In this document: piece by piece, positions 43,101 through 53,460 of the stretch | How positions within the stretch are numbered: position 1 is the first letter of the stretch | Layout of the letters: each line of letters opens with the position of its first letter | Source: a virus | IMG/VR virus record: IMGVR_UViG_3300025073_000048 | Coordinates: 5,403 to 69,402 of that record | Reading direction: 5' to 3' (one strand) | DNA: 64,000 nt | Translations under genes and position numbers: made by a program | The notes under the pieces: model-generated | What the model was told of the DNA's origin: nothing | Database searches by the model: none | Seen by the model: the letters and a program-made list of their open reading frames with translations, nothing else

Positions 43101-44820
43101 CTCGAAGCACAGCTGGTCGCCGTGTCGACAAGCAAGTAATGCGTCTCGTTCCTTTGTCACCGAGTCGAGCTTTTCCTCCAGCTCCTCGATGTCAACCTCG
43201 GCCTGGATGCAGGCCTTGCACCGGTCGTCTTGCTTGGGCTTAGCCATTGGTCACTCCATCCAACTCAAACAGTCTTCTGTCTCGCACTGGCCGTGGACGT
43301 GTCCGTTGTACCCGGCATGCGACACATGCAACCTTCCACCGCAGCACGGACACTCGACAACGCCTTTCCAGGACTTACCTTTGTGCTCACGCTTGATCGC
43401 GACGATTACAGGGCCAACCTTCCGGTGCATCTCCATCCGCTCGTCCAGAAAAGCCGGCCACTCGTCGATCTCGGCCTGTGACGGTTCCTCGTACTTATCG
43501 CAGGTGCAGTCACCCTTGCGGAATGTGGTGATACACGGCAGCGGCTTGACCGTCTCGTAGTCCACTCCCGCTTTGCACACCTTGTTCTGAATCCCAGTGA
43601 AGTGTTTGCAGGTTCCTGCTTTGCTCATTTCACCCTCCCGGTGAAGCGCCGACACGTGTTCGTCGGCGCATGGTTTCGACACGTGCTTCACTCCGATTCC
43701 ACGACCGTCTCTTTGTCCGCGCGCTTCTTGATGACGATCTTCTCTTTGTTCTCACTCTTGAGCGTCACCGTGTACCCTTCGACCTCGCACTCAGAAATGC
43801 TGTGGTCGTGCATCACCGCGAGGAGGTTCGTGCGCGCGACGTTTTCCGCCTCTTGGGTCTTCATCCGTGTGGTGAGCAGCTCGACGTATCCCTGCGCGGC
43901 TTCCTGCACCACAGGGTTGGGCGGATCATAAGTGCCAGGGATGCGCTGTTGCACGAGCTTCGCGTCGTCCTGCGTCGGCTCACCCTGATTGGGTGGCTCC
44001 GTGCACTCGGCCGTCTCGCGGTCAATGTCAGCGGTTGGTAGCTCGACTGTTTCGTCGCATGTCATAATGGTTCACAGCCTGTCGTAATGGGTGCCTAGAT
44101 GGAAGACAAAGACCGGCCAGCGGGGGTCGTCCGTGGGCTGGCCGGGTATGGATACCACACCTCACACGTCCATGCTCCGTCCGCGTCAGCCTGTTACTTG
44201 CACTTCCCTTTCGTTGCCTTCGGGGGCGCCGCCTTCGCGGCTGTCTTCGTGGATTTGGCTGGCTTCGCGGTTTTCTTCTTCGCCATCGGATCAAACTCCA
44301 AACACTCCAGGACAGGTGAGATCGGGACAGGACATACAATCCTGTCCAGGACGACCGCACCTTGCTTTCACGAGCGACTGCCGTGTCGCCTCCAGTTCGA
44401 GCGCCAGGGCGGATTCAATCGCCGTCGCGTTCTCGACAAACATCCTGCCTTCATAGATTGCCACCCGGTCGACGGGTCCCTCCAAGCGAATGATGTCATA
44501 CTCGCGTCCCTGCAGCGTGACCGTCGTGATCAATCGCTGTGCTGTATTCATGCGGGTCCCACGTCGATACGAACGACCTTATGGTTGTGCCACCCTCGTA
44601 CCGTCGCCATCGCTGGCGCGGGTTCCTCCGTGATCGCCCACCGAGACCGCTTCTGGCGTTCCTCGTCGCTCCACTTCGCTTGGATCGCGAGTGTCGCCAC
44701 CCGAATCTCCTCCTGAGTCGGCATGTAAAGTGCGAAGTCCCGGCAGCCGCACTGAGGGCATTCCCCCTCCTTGGTCTCCCACGTGTGCGTGCATTGGTCG
44801 CAGTGCTTCCGTGCGTTCAT
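40149..44820 (-). other. Run of about 14 small accessory CDSs at the distal end of the replication operon
   Basis: e.g. 40307-40633, 40630-40830, 41107-41364, 41361-41735, 41737-42141, 42138-42671, 42668-43051, 43038-43247, 43251-43628, 43688-44065, 44291-44551, 44548-44820; overlapping stop/starts, many Zn-ribbon CxxC. Confidence 0.6.
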
Positions 44821-45334
44821 CCAGTCTGGCGGCTTGTGGTACGTCGCTTTCTTCTGCTGACGCTGGTTGGATTGTGACGATGCAGCATTCAGGGTGGCCA
44901 TAAGTCTTTTCCACTTCCAGGCGCACGGTAGCGCAGTCATCTCTATAAATGATTCCAGTAAGCGCATCCTCGACCGCGCGCGTGAGTTTCAGCACGTCTG
45001 GTTTGATCACGTGATGCGGTGGGGCGTTATCCCGCAGTAAGTGCGAATGTTTGCCCGTACGGTAGTGCCCTTTCGGACGTGCGATCACAAAGCAAATGCG
45101 GACTGACACAGCACACGTGAGCAATTCACCTTTGTACGCATCGCTGGCAGCCTTGCGTACCTCTTGCTTCCATGATGCCACCTTCCTATTCGAGTCGACC
45201 ACCGACACGACTGGCGCGCCGTTCTCTCGTGTGACGTAACTGCCATCCTTGCGCCGAACCGCAAACGCGGTCTTGCTTCCGGCCGTTTGCGAGTGTCCAT
45301 ACACGATGAATCGAATCGGAAACGTCACGATCAC
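44579..45334 (-). CDS. rusA: RusA-like Holliday junction resolvase
   Basis: G.S..AGSK, WKQEV, KPDVLKLTRAVEDALTGIIYRDD..V. Confidence 0.8.
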   Translation of the reverse strand: MIVTFPIRFIVYGHSQTAGSKTAFAVRRKDGSYVTRENGAPVVSVVDSNRKVASWKQEVRKAASDAYKGELLTCAVSVRICFVIARPKGHYRTGKHSHLLRDNAPPHHVIKPDVLKLTRAVEDALTGIIYRDDCATVRLEVEKTYGHPECCIVTIQPASAEESDVPQAARLDERTEALRPMHAHVGDQGGGMPSVRLPGLRTLHADSGGDSGGDTRDPSEVERRGTPEAVSVGDHGGTRASDGDGTRVAQP

Positions 45335-45858
45335 ACCTCCACCAGCGTTTCTTCGCAGCCGCTCATAATGCGCTCAATGATTACGGCGCCGGTGTGATTC
45401 GCATCGTTGCGCATCACGTAGCAGTGTGTCGCGCCGCCACAGTCCTCACAAAGGAATCCCAGCGCGAGCATCATGCCCTCACAGTCGCGATGCACTCCAG
45501 CCATCACAGCGGTCGTCGCGTACGTCGCCTTCTTCACGGAAAGAACGGCGTGCAACGCGAGTCGCATGCTGTCTGTCATGGGAGCATCCGTGTGGTCACT
45601 GACAACGATTGCTTGCACCAACAGAAAGTTTTCCCAGCCAAACAGTCCATCAGTTCGTTCGATATGCACAAACGCGCATAATCCAACAATCTCGCCATCA
45701 TCGTTTAATGTCAGCAACACTTTGCCTTCGTGTCGCACGAACGCGATGACGCTGCAGGTCGTTGACAACACGTTGCACTGCCGATCGCGCATGTACCGCG
45801 CGACCTTTCGCAGCTCGGTCAATCTCGCGTATCTCGTTTCCACTTCAGTCACCCCCAC
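45331..45858 (-). CDS. Hypothetical protein, possibly GNAT-like fold
   Basis: DGEIVGLC...LLVQAIVV pattern; weak. Confidence 0.4.
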   Translation of the reverse strand: MGVTEVETRYARLTELRKVARYMRDRQCNVLSTTCSVIAFVRHEGKVLLTLNDDGEIVGLCAFVHIERTDGLFGWENFLLVQAIVVSDHTDAPMTDSMRLALHAVLSVKKATYATTAVMAGVHRDCEGMMLALGFLCEDCGGATHCYVMRNDANHTGAVIIERIMSGCEETLVEV

Positions 45859-45860
45859 GG

Positions 45861-47282
45861 TTAATCGAACGCGATGGTCGTTTGAGCGCTATTGGCACCG
45901 TCATCTCGGAAGGTCGTATACTCCCCCTCCCAAATGACGGGGCATTCCTTGGTTGGGCCGTTCCTTTGCTTGGCCACGATGATCAAAGCCGACTTCGGAT
46001 CTGGCATTTCACCAGACGCACCAGGATTGCTCAGGTAGTACGCATCGCGGTGGACGAACAAAACCACGTCGGCATCCTGTTCGATCGATCCTGACTCGCG
46101 CAGGTGGCTTAAACGGGGCTTCCTGTCTGCCGTGCTGTCTGGTTGGCGGTTTAGTTGGGCCAAACAGACCACCGGAACCCCCAATTCGCGGGACAAGGCT
46201 TTCAGGCCCGCCGAGATCTTCGCAACCTGCTCCTGTCGGGGGGTTCTGCCGTTGTTTGTGTCAGGCGAAACGATCTGCAAATAATCCACGACAACGAGCC
46301 CCAAACCGCCGCGCCGTTTCAGCCTGCGAGCCAGCGCGCCGATCTCCGCAACGCCGCGCGTCGGCGCATCGTCGATCCACAAAGGCAACTGCGAGATCGC
46401 CGCCGAGACGCTGACCAGTTTGCGACGTTCATCTGCATTGAAAGTACCATTGCGAACTTTATAAGAACTCACTTCCGCCGTGGCACACATGATACGTTCG
46501 GTGATCTCCATGCGTGTCATTTCGAGAGACACGATCAGCACCGGAACATTGATGCGCGCCACGTTCGTCGCGATGTTCACGGCCAACGATGTCTTGCCCA
46601 TCGACGTGCGTCCTGCCACGATGATCAACTGGCCTGGGAGCAAACCACCAAGCGTCTCATCGAGCGCCGAGAATCCTGTCAGCACGCCCGCAACGCGACC
46701 GTCTTTCTGTCGCTTCTCGATCGATTCAAGTGACTCGCGCACCACGTCGCGAATCTGCACGCACTTCTCCGTCGTCACGTGCTCCGACCCCACATCCATG
46801 ATCAATCGCTCGGCCTTCGCGAGCATCTTGTCGCACTCGTCCGAATCGTCGTGAGCGATGCTCGCAATCTCCACACTGGCGTAGATGAGTTTCCTCCGCA
46901 CAGCCAAATCCCGCACAGTTTGAGCGTAATACACGGAATGCGCCGCGTTCGGAACGCTCTGGGTGATCTGCGTCAGTCGTGTGATGCCGCCGACAAACTC
47001 AAACTGCTGACTCCGTTTCAGCTTGGAGATCAACAGCGCGATGTCGATCCGTTTTCCTGACACGTGCATCGCGCGCATCGTCTCGAACAACACTCCATTC
47101 GCGTCATCGTAAAAGTCCGACTGCTTCACGAGTGGGATCACTTCGTCGATCATGTCGGGCTTGAGCAACAGGCTTCCCAGCAACGCCGTCTCGGAAGTCG
47201 GGTCGCTGGGAGGTGTCATTCCGTTGTCACCGCAATCACTGTGGGTGTGAGGCGGTGTCTCTTTGGTCTTCGTCTTCGCCAC
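45861..47282 (-). CDS. dnaB: Replicative DNA helicase DnaB
   Basis: AGRTSMGKT, SLEM, VVDYLQ, LAQLNR, LRESGSIEQDADVV, KQRNGPT. Confidence 0.95.
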   Translation of the reverse strand: MAKTKTKETPPHTHSDCGDNGMTPPSDPTSETALLGSLLLKPDMIDEVIPLVKQSDFYDDANGVLFETMRAMHVSGKRIDIALLISKLKRSQQFEFVGGITRLTQITQSVPNAAHSVYYAQTVRDLAVRRKLIYASVEIASIAHDDSDECDKMLAKAERLIMDVGSEHVTTEKCVQIRDVVRESLESIEKRQKDGRVAGVLTGFSALDETLGGLLPGQLIIVAGRTSMGKTSLAVNIATNVARINVPVLIVSLEMTRMEITERIMCATAEVSSYKVRNGTFNADERRKLVSVSAAISQLPLWIDDAPTRGVAEIGALARRLKRRGGLGLVVVDYLQIVSPDTNNGRTPRQEQVAKISAGLKALSRELGVPVVCLAQLNRQPDSTADRKPRLSHLRESGSIEQDADVVLFVHRDAYYLSNPGASGEMPDPKSALIIVAKQRNGPTKECPVIWEGEYTTFRDDGANSAQTTIAFD

Positions 47283-47296
47283 GGTAACGGTTCTTT

Positions 47297-48100
47297 CTAT
47301 GAGAGCTTCGGGACTTGCTTCATCAAGTCATCGAAGTTGGGGATTTCGTTTTTGAGAGTCTTCACGAAGTAAGCCAGCGGGCGCTGCGGCCTGGGGGAAA
47401 CCATCCTGGTTCCATTCGCCGCGCCCATCACGGTCGCCAACGAGAGTTTTCCGGTCGTCACGCACCAACCGAGTTTTCGCAGGATCGGGTCCTGAGAACG
47501 AACCCGGAGGATTTGCTGGAGCGCTGCAGCGGTGCTGTGGATTTCTGCTTCCGCCTTTTCCGGCTCCCTGATCTGATCAGATAAATCCTGTTCCTGTTCC
47601 TGATCCTGATCCTGATCCTGGCTTCGAAGGGGCTTCGAAGGGGCTTCATAGCCCCTTCCTGTTTTTGACGGGTCGGACAATGAAAATGACGTGGCATACC
47701 GTTGATAGAAGTCCATAAAGAATGGGGACTTACGCATTGAAAGCCATTCTTTTTCGATGCCCTTGATGCGGTTGTCACGAGGCGATAGAGGCTCCCCAAT
47801 CTGGTGGGAAGCCATCTCACGCACAAAAACATGCTCTGCAGCCCTGTTGTAGGACGCAAAAAGGGCCTCTGATACCCTTCGAAGCCCCTTCGAAGCCCCT
47901 TCATCAGACATCCCTGTTTCATGAAGGAGCAGTGGCCACGGAAGGTAGTACAGACCAATCATATTGGCACTTGGACATGTCATGAGGTACACCGCAATCA
48001 ACTGCGCTTCCATGCCTTTTTCCCTCAGTAATTTTCCCGTTTCACCAGTCCAAAACGCTGGTGAAACTTTGGCATAAGTGCGCATTGAAACATCCTTCAA
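47297..48100 (-). CDS. Phage replication initiator/replisome organiser
   Basis: YAKVSPAFW...LIAVYLMT...IGLYYLP N terminus; QDQDQDQEQE linker; internal 11-bp repeats; upstream of dnaB. Confidence 0.7.
   Translation of the reverse strand: MKDVSMRTYAKVSPAFWTGETGKLLREKGMEAQLIAVYLMTCPSANMIGLYYLPWPLLLHETGMSDEGASKGLRRVSEALFASYNRAAEHVFVREMASHQIGEPLSPRDNRIKGIEKEWLSMRKSPFFMDFYQRYATSFSLSDPSKTGRGYEAPSKPLRSQDQDQDQEQEQDLSDQIREPEKAEAEIHSTAAALQQILRVRSQDPILRKLGWCVTTGKLSLATVMGAANGTRMVSPRPQRPLAYFVKTLKNEIPNFDDLMKQVPKLS
47620..47902. repeat. Two oppositely oriented clusters of 11-bp repeats (GGGGCTTCGAA); candidate ori iterons
   Basis: 47620-47657 GGCTTCGAAGGGGCTTCGAAGGGGCTTC...; 47875-47902 CCCTTCGAAGCCCCTTCGAAGCCCCTTC. 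Confidence 0.6.
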
Positions 48101-49635
48101 GACGCGAACGTGTGCGCCTGCAGTTCCTTACCAAGCGTTTCGTCGCGTGTTGCTTCGGCGGTCAGGATATATACACCGCGTGCCTTCGCGTGATCGTCAA
48201 TGAACTTCCTGTTCCACACGTCCACGCCCTCCCACGCTTCCTGCGGGATGAACAACAGACCGCCATCCCCGACACGCTCCACACCGATCTCAATCGCGAT
48301 GTGCCACTTCTCTGTAGCACTCAGCTCGTGATACGGCGCCCACATGTCCTTCGCTTCCACGTAGCCGTACACACGCTTGTGCACACCCTCGGACACGATC
48401 TTGACCCACTTCGATTCAATCGCGTCAGACAGCACCGAATCCGTAATTCCAGCGGCTTTTCGGTACCTTTCCGCTTTCTCGCGCCGCGACTTCGCCGACT
48501 CCGCAAACGCGGTGACGGAGGCTTGCTTCATGCGCGCATCACGCACACGCACGCCATCCTCCATCGCCAGTTTCGCCGCGTCATACGCTGTCTTGTACTC
48601 AGCGACCTGCTCATCGGTCGGGCGCACGTAGTTGTCCGAGTCAGCGATGACCTTGAGGCACGCCGCACGTCGTTCCGCGTGCGTGCTGATCAGCTCCGCA
48701 CTCTCACGTGCCAGCTTGACGCCCGAGTTAGCCGTATCAATCTCACGATCGCACAATTCGATCGAATGCTGAATCTCGTCCATTTGCTTCAGCAAATCCT
48801 GCTTGTGCTGCACGAGGCCATCGACCTTTCCCTGAGCCTCCGTGACTGCTTTCTTCGCTTCCTCCACGCTGGTAGGGATGTTGCGGGCATCCCAGCGAAT
48901 CAGCTCCTCGCGGGCCTTCTGGGCCTTCTCAACTCGCTCGGCTGCCACCTGCTGGTGCTGGACGGAGTGGGAATACTTGTCCTGGGCTTCAAAGAACGCC
49001 GCCTGCAGCTTCTCGGGGTCGTGCTCCTTGGTCATATCCACCGCGTCGATCTGCTCCTTAATCGACTGCGCCTGCTGCTCATCCTTCTCAGCGGTCTTTT
49101 CCCACGTGCGAGCCTCGGCCTGATAGTCCCGTGCGATCTTCGCCGCCATGTCGATCAGGTCCCCCGACTTGAGGGCCTCGGAAGTCACGATCGTCTCGAA
49201 CTCTTCCGGGTCGAACTCGGGCCGCGTGTCGAACAGGTGCCGATCGGCCTCCACCCCGGTCAGGGCGATCAACGCCTTGATCCGGCGCTTGTCCGCCGCC
49301 ACCTCATCCTTGACGCCAGGGTCCACCAGCGAGGCGAGGTTCAGCTTCCCTTCAAGGTGTTCCACGGCGAACTCACCAGCACAGCGCGTCTGCTTGGGGT
49401 TAATCGCCACGTGTACTCCGAGCCCGTCGATCCGACCTTTCTCCGACCCATGACGCAGCGGCAAACCTCCCTCACCCGCCGCCACGTCCGCCAATGACCC
49501 CACCAGGATCGACTTACCGACTCCATTCGGACCCACAATCGTCGTCACTCCAGGCGACTCCAGCGTGAACTTGAACTTCGGGATCGGGCCCAGGTTTTCG
49601 ACTTCCACAGTTTTCTGATTTTCCTTCACGGTCAC
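48097..49635 (-). CDS. SMC/Rad50-like coiled-coil P-loop ATPase
   Basis: VENLGPI, Walker A GPNGVGKS, long coiled coil, degenerate signature LSATEK; GTG start after GGAG. Confidence 0.7.
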   Translation of the reverse strand: MTVKENQKTVEVENLGPIPKFKFTLESPGVTTIVGPNGVGKSILVGSLADVAAGEGGLPLRHGSEKGRIDGLGVHVAINPKQTRCAGEFAVEHLEGKLNLASLVDPGVKDEVAADKRRIKALIALTGVEADRHLFDTRPEFDPEEFETIVTSEALKSGDLIDMAAKIARDYQAEARTWEKTAEKDEQQAQSIKEQIDAVDMTKEHDPEKLQAAFFEAQDKYSHSVQHQQVAAERVEKAQKAREELIRWDARNIPTSVEEAKKAVTEAQGKVDGLVQHKQDLLKQMDEIQHSIELCDREIDTANSGVKLARESAELISTHAERRAACLKVIADSDNYVRPTDEQVAEYKTAYDAAKLAMEDGVRVRDARMKQASVTAFAESAKSRREKAERYRKAAGITDSVLSDAIESKWVKIVSEGVHKRVYGYVEAKDMWAPYHELSATEKWHIAIEIGVERVGDGGLLFIPQEAWEGVDVWNRKFIDDHAKARGVYILTAEATRDETLGKELQAHTFAS

Positions 49636-49661
49636 TACTCCTAAAACTTCACATGTGTTGA

Positions 49662-50655
49662 AAAACACACTCACAGCGGATGATTCGATCCGCGATTATG
49701 GTTGCTCTCTACCAAGATGGTTCAATCTCCTTGTTTGAATGCGTTCCGAGCACTTGTTTCAGTCGGGTGGCATGACTACGCTCATACTGTTTGGTTCACT
49801 CATCTTTCGAGGCTGCGCTCACGGGAGGTGATTCAATCTGCCGTTCGAAGAACATGTTTCAATCAGCTTGCATGCCTACGTTCACTACATTTGGTTCAAT
49901 CACGAGTCCTGACTACGTTCAAGATCGCTGATTCAATCGGCACGCATGACTGCTCTCGTGATATCTGTTGCAATCTTCAGGTTTGGATGCGCTCAACACT
50001 GCTGGGTATCTGCGGGCTTGACTTCACTCCGCCTTGATGATTCTGTCGCCGGACTTGATTGCGTTCACGACCAATGATTCTCTCCGAACGTGTGACTACG
50101 CTCCTCCCACCTGGTTCAATCTGGGCAGATGGCTGCGCTCACGCCCATTGGTTCTATCCATCGAAATGGCTTCGCTCACGTGGTTTGGTTCGTTCGACTT
50201 CTTAGGCTGCGATCACCTGACGTGTTTCATTCACAGCCCTCTGTCTGCGATCCAGCAACTTGTTTCAGTTCGAGAACTTGGCTGCGATCTCCAAAAATGA
50301 TTCTGTCCGGCGCCATGTCTGCGATCGGCGGTGTTGATTCAGTCACACATTTTGTCTGCGATCGGGCGTTTTGGTTCAGTCTTGCCAGATGGCTACGCTA
50401 CTTCGATCGGATTCAATCCCAAGCTTTGGCTACGTTCCTTGCATATGCTTCAATCAAGTCAACTGGCTGCGATCACACATCCTGTTTCTATCTCAAGGAC
50501 TGTCTTCTCTCAGCGAAATTGTTTCAATCTATCCTTTTGGATACGATCAACCCAATTGCTTCTTTCAGGAATGCTGGCTGCGCTTATACACTGTGGTTCA
50601 CTCACACTACATTTGCTGCGCTCTCACACTCCGATTCAATCGCGTGTGATGGCTA
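49662..50655 (-). repeat. TIGR-like dual-repeat array 1 (~27 units, 37-nt period)
   Basis: + strand alternation TG(G/A/T)TTCAATC-N8-TG(G/A/T)CT(G/A)CG(C/A/T)TC-N8; 10-mer starts at 49681, 49718, 49755, 49792, 49829 ... 50557, 50594, 50632; spacers vary. Confidence 0.9.
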
Positions 50656-52851
50656 ACCCGCGTCCTCATCCGACGCATCTTCCTCGACCTCTTCACGAGT
50701 CTTGCGTGTAATACGCTCTCCCTCGCGCAGATCCTTCAGAGACTTGCCTGTCATCGCAAACGGCCAGTTTGGAATCTCAATAAAGTGCCGGTGATCGCCC
50801 TCGCAGTGCTCGAACACGTAAGGCACGGGCGGCTCCGTCCCGAAGTAATCCACGTGCATGACGTGATGCAAGTGCGACAGGAAGATCTTCACCGCGAACC
50901 GGCGCGCTCGTGCATGCAGGTGCCCTGGAGGCAGCGTACCGTCCTTGTAGTGCTTGTACGCCTCCGTTGTCTTGCCGACCTCGTGCATACGCACTGCCGC
51001 CAACTCAGCGAACTTCTTCTCACCGTTCGCCGCGACCTCCGCGTCCTTCCGTTGACGATAGAGCTGGCCGTAAATAGCTCCCTCTTTGTTCTGCGTCTTC
51101 ACGAAGCACTCCCCAATCTTGAATGCGCAGTTATGGACTGCGATACCATCGGCGACATAGCTTTCGTCCTCTTCTACCTCCAGGTTGTAAACAGGACCAG
51201 TGTATGGAACTGATTCGGGTGGGTTCAACTGAAGCCATACACCGTCTGGTTGCCACTTAGAAACATTCGATGATTTCCATTCAACTGATTCATCACACAG
51301 AATTTGTTTCCCGAATAAATCTCGGTCGTGTACTTCAATGTGATATGCAGTGTTCCCAGCGGGTAGAATCCGCGAGCTAAGACCACTGACGATTCCGCAC
51401 CGCAAAAGCAATTCCTGAATCTGAATAGCAAGAGTCAGGGAAATGGTTCCATAAGAAACTGTCTCTGATGTGTAGTGCCCATTTCCTTCAAATAACCCTC
51501 GCAGCAATGAACGGCACAGAGAAATGTCCATCGACATCCAGTTATTAGGAATATGTTTGTTTGCTGAATAGACACCAAATAGCTTATTGAACGACTCGGA
51601 CAGAAGTGATGAACATGCTTTGACACAGCACCCATCATCACACTTGCTCATAGAAAGGCTGCTATCAAGGCCAAACACATACTTAAACACAGCCCTTACG
51701 TGGTCATGCAAAACAGTTTCTTTTTTGTGAAACGCGAACTGCACAACCCCGTCGCTGCCAGCACACCCCTCTGCGATAAACAATCCGACAAAGCGAGCTA
51801 TTTCTCCGTTAAGCTCTACACGTGTCGGCACACGAGAAGCGACCGGAGATCTATCAAGATAAGATTCACACTCGATCGCCGGGATAAATCCTTCACTTGG
51901 AATAACGGGGACCTTTACCATCCACCCAGGCTGCAATTCAGACGCGTTAATCCAATCCTGTCCGTAATTGAAGTTTTCCTTGGATCTATTCTTCCCTCGC
52001 ACTATCATGCTTACGCCTCCCTGTGAGTAACCAGTTGATTCACCAATTTCACGCAATGTCTTACCCTCTTGGCGCATGCGAATCATCTGCGAAGCGACCT
52101 CATTTCTACCGTTTGGAGTAGAAGCTCGCGTCACCTTAAATCGTTTCCGCCCTTCTCCTTCGTAAAAACACACTGGGACTTTGTCGGCGAGAACAGGGTG
52201 GTTGGGAGTAAGAAGTGGTCCGCGCGCGGCTAGTCCGCGACATGTCAGATGCACCAGCGATCCCGTGAAGTCATTCTCAATGACGTGCGTAACCTTTCTC
52301 CACCGTCCGAGATGAGTCAACACGAGATCACCAATACGCACAGAGTCAATTGGAATAGTCCCTCGCTTTGTGATTACGAGAGTTGTTGGATGACAGCACA
52401 GAATCTTCAGGCGCGCATTCCAGGGACGGCGTGTCTTCGGCTCCCACTTCATCGTTGGGTCGAGTCCAGCAAATCGCCAGAAATGCCCTGCCGTCTTGCA
52501 GCGGGACACGTCCAAGTGAGACAGCAGACCAGCCGAAATGACCGGCCCAATACCGACCTGACTCATCATCCACTGACCCACCGAGTACGTCTCCGAGAAC
52601 GCCTTGAGCGATCGCTTAATCGCGTTCTCCACACGTGTCATTTCATCATTCACCCATTGCAACACTCGCCCCGGTTCCTTCGTCCCAAGCGACCGCAGTT
52701 GACCAGCAGTCGCAATCCGGTACTTCTGCATCGTGTAGTAGTTATCCACCAGAAATCGCACCTGCGCGCGATCCATCAGACCTGCCGCTGTGACTAAGTC
52801 TTTGGTGAGCTTGCGTGCAATTTCGATCGGTTCGTCAAAGGTCTTGTCCAT
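50653..52851 (-). CDS. Tas (TasA-like) Nop-domain RNA-guided DNA-binding protein precursor containing an intein (732 aa; spliced 309 aa)
   Basis: Coiled coil (YYTMQKYRIA), GIGPVISAGLL, FWRFAGLDP, WNARLKIL/CAFKIGECFVK, YGQLYRQRK, HARARRFAVKIFLSHL resemble Nop/IS110-Tnp fold; no RuvC or HNH; flanked by arrays. Confidence 0.8.
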   Translation of the reverse strand: MDKTFDEPIEIARKLTKDLVTAAGLMDRAQVRFLVDNYYTMQKYRIATAGQLRSLGTKEPGRVLQWVNDEMTRVENAIKRSLKAFSETYSVGQWMMSQVGIGPVISAGLLSHLDVSRCKTAGHFWRFAGLDPTMKWEPKTRRPWNARLKILCCHPTTLVITKRGTIPIDSVRIGDLVLTHLGRWRKVTHVIENDFTGSLVHLTCRGLAARGPLLTPNHPVLADKVPVCFYEGEGRKRFKVTRASTPNGRNEVASQMIRMRQEGKTLREIGESTGYSQGGVSMIVRGKNRSKENFNYGQDWINASELQPGWMVKVPVIPSEGFIPAIECESYLDRSPVASRVPTRVELNGEIARFVGLFIAEGCAGSDGVVQFAFHKKETVLHDHVRAVFKYVFGLDSSLSMSKCDDGCCVKACSSLLSESFNKLFGVYSANKHIPNNWMSMDISLCRSLLRGLFEGNGHYTSETVSYGTISLTLAIQIQELLLRCGIVSGLSSRILPAGNTAYHIEVHDRDLFGKQILCDESVEWKSSNVSKWQPDGVWLQLNPPESVPYTGPVYNLEVEEDESYVADGIAVHNCAFKIGECFVKTQNKEGAIYGQLYRQRKDAEVAANGEKKFAELAAVRMHEVGKTTEAYKHYKDGTLPPGHLHARARRFAVKIFLSHLHHVMHVDYFGTEPPVPYVFEHCEGDHRHFIEIPNWPFAMTGKSLKDLREGERITRKTREEVEEDASDEDAG
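51130..52398 (-). mobile_element. Intein (423 aa) with HTH and LAGLIDADG homing endonuclease
   Basis: Block A CCHPTTLVIT, block B LTPNHPV, LAGLIDADG motifs GLFIAEG and GLFEGNG, block F/G VYNLEVEEDESYVADGIAVHN followed by Cys; visibly lower GC. Confidence 0.92.
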
Positions 52852-52885
52852 GTTATGTTTCCAATTCGTGATGACGAAATGCGGT

Positions 52886-53440
<555 letters not shown>

Positions 53441-53460
53441 CTTTGGTCTCCTAAGTAAAA

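Noticed and set aside
49702-50711. Plus-strand ORFs across array 1 (and 53479-53715 across array 2)
   Set aside because: 37-nt period is not a multiple of 3, ORFs lack SDs and oppose operon direction; chance products of the repeats.
50653-52851. IS110/IS1111 transposase
   Set aside because: No N-terminal DEDD RuvC domain and no catalytic Ser-Gly loop after AGLDP; flanks are multi-unit arrays rather than IS ends.
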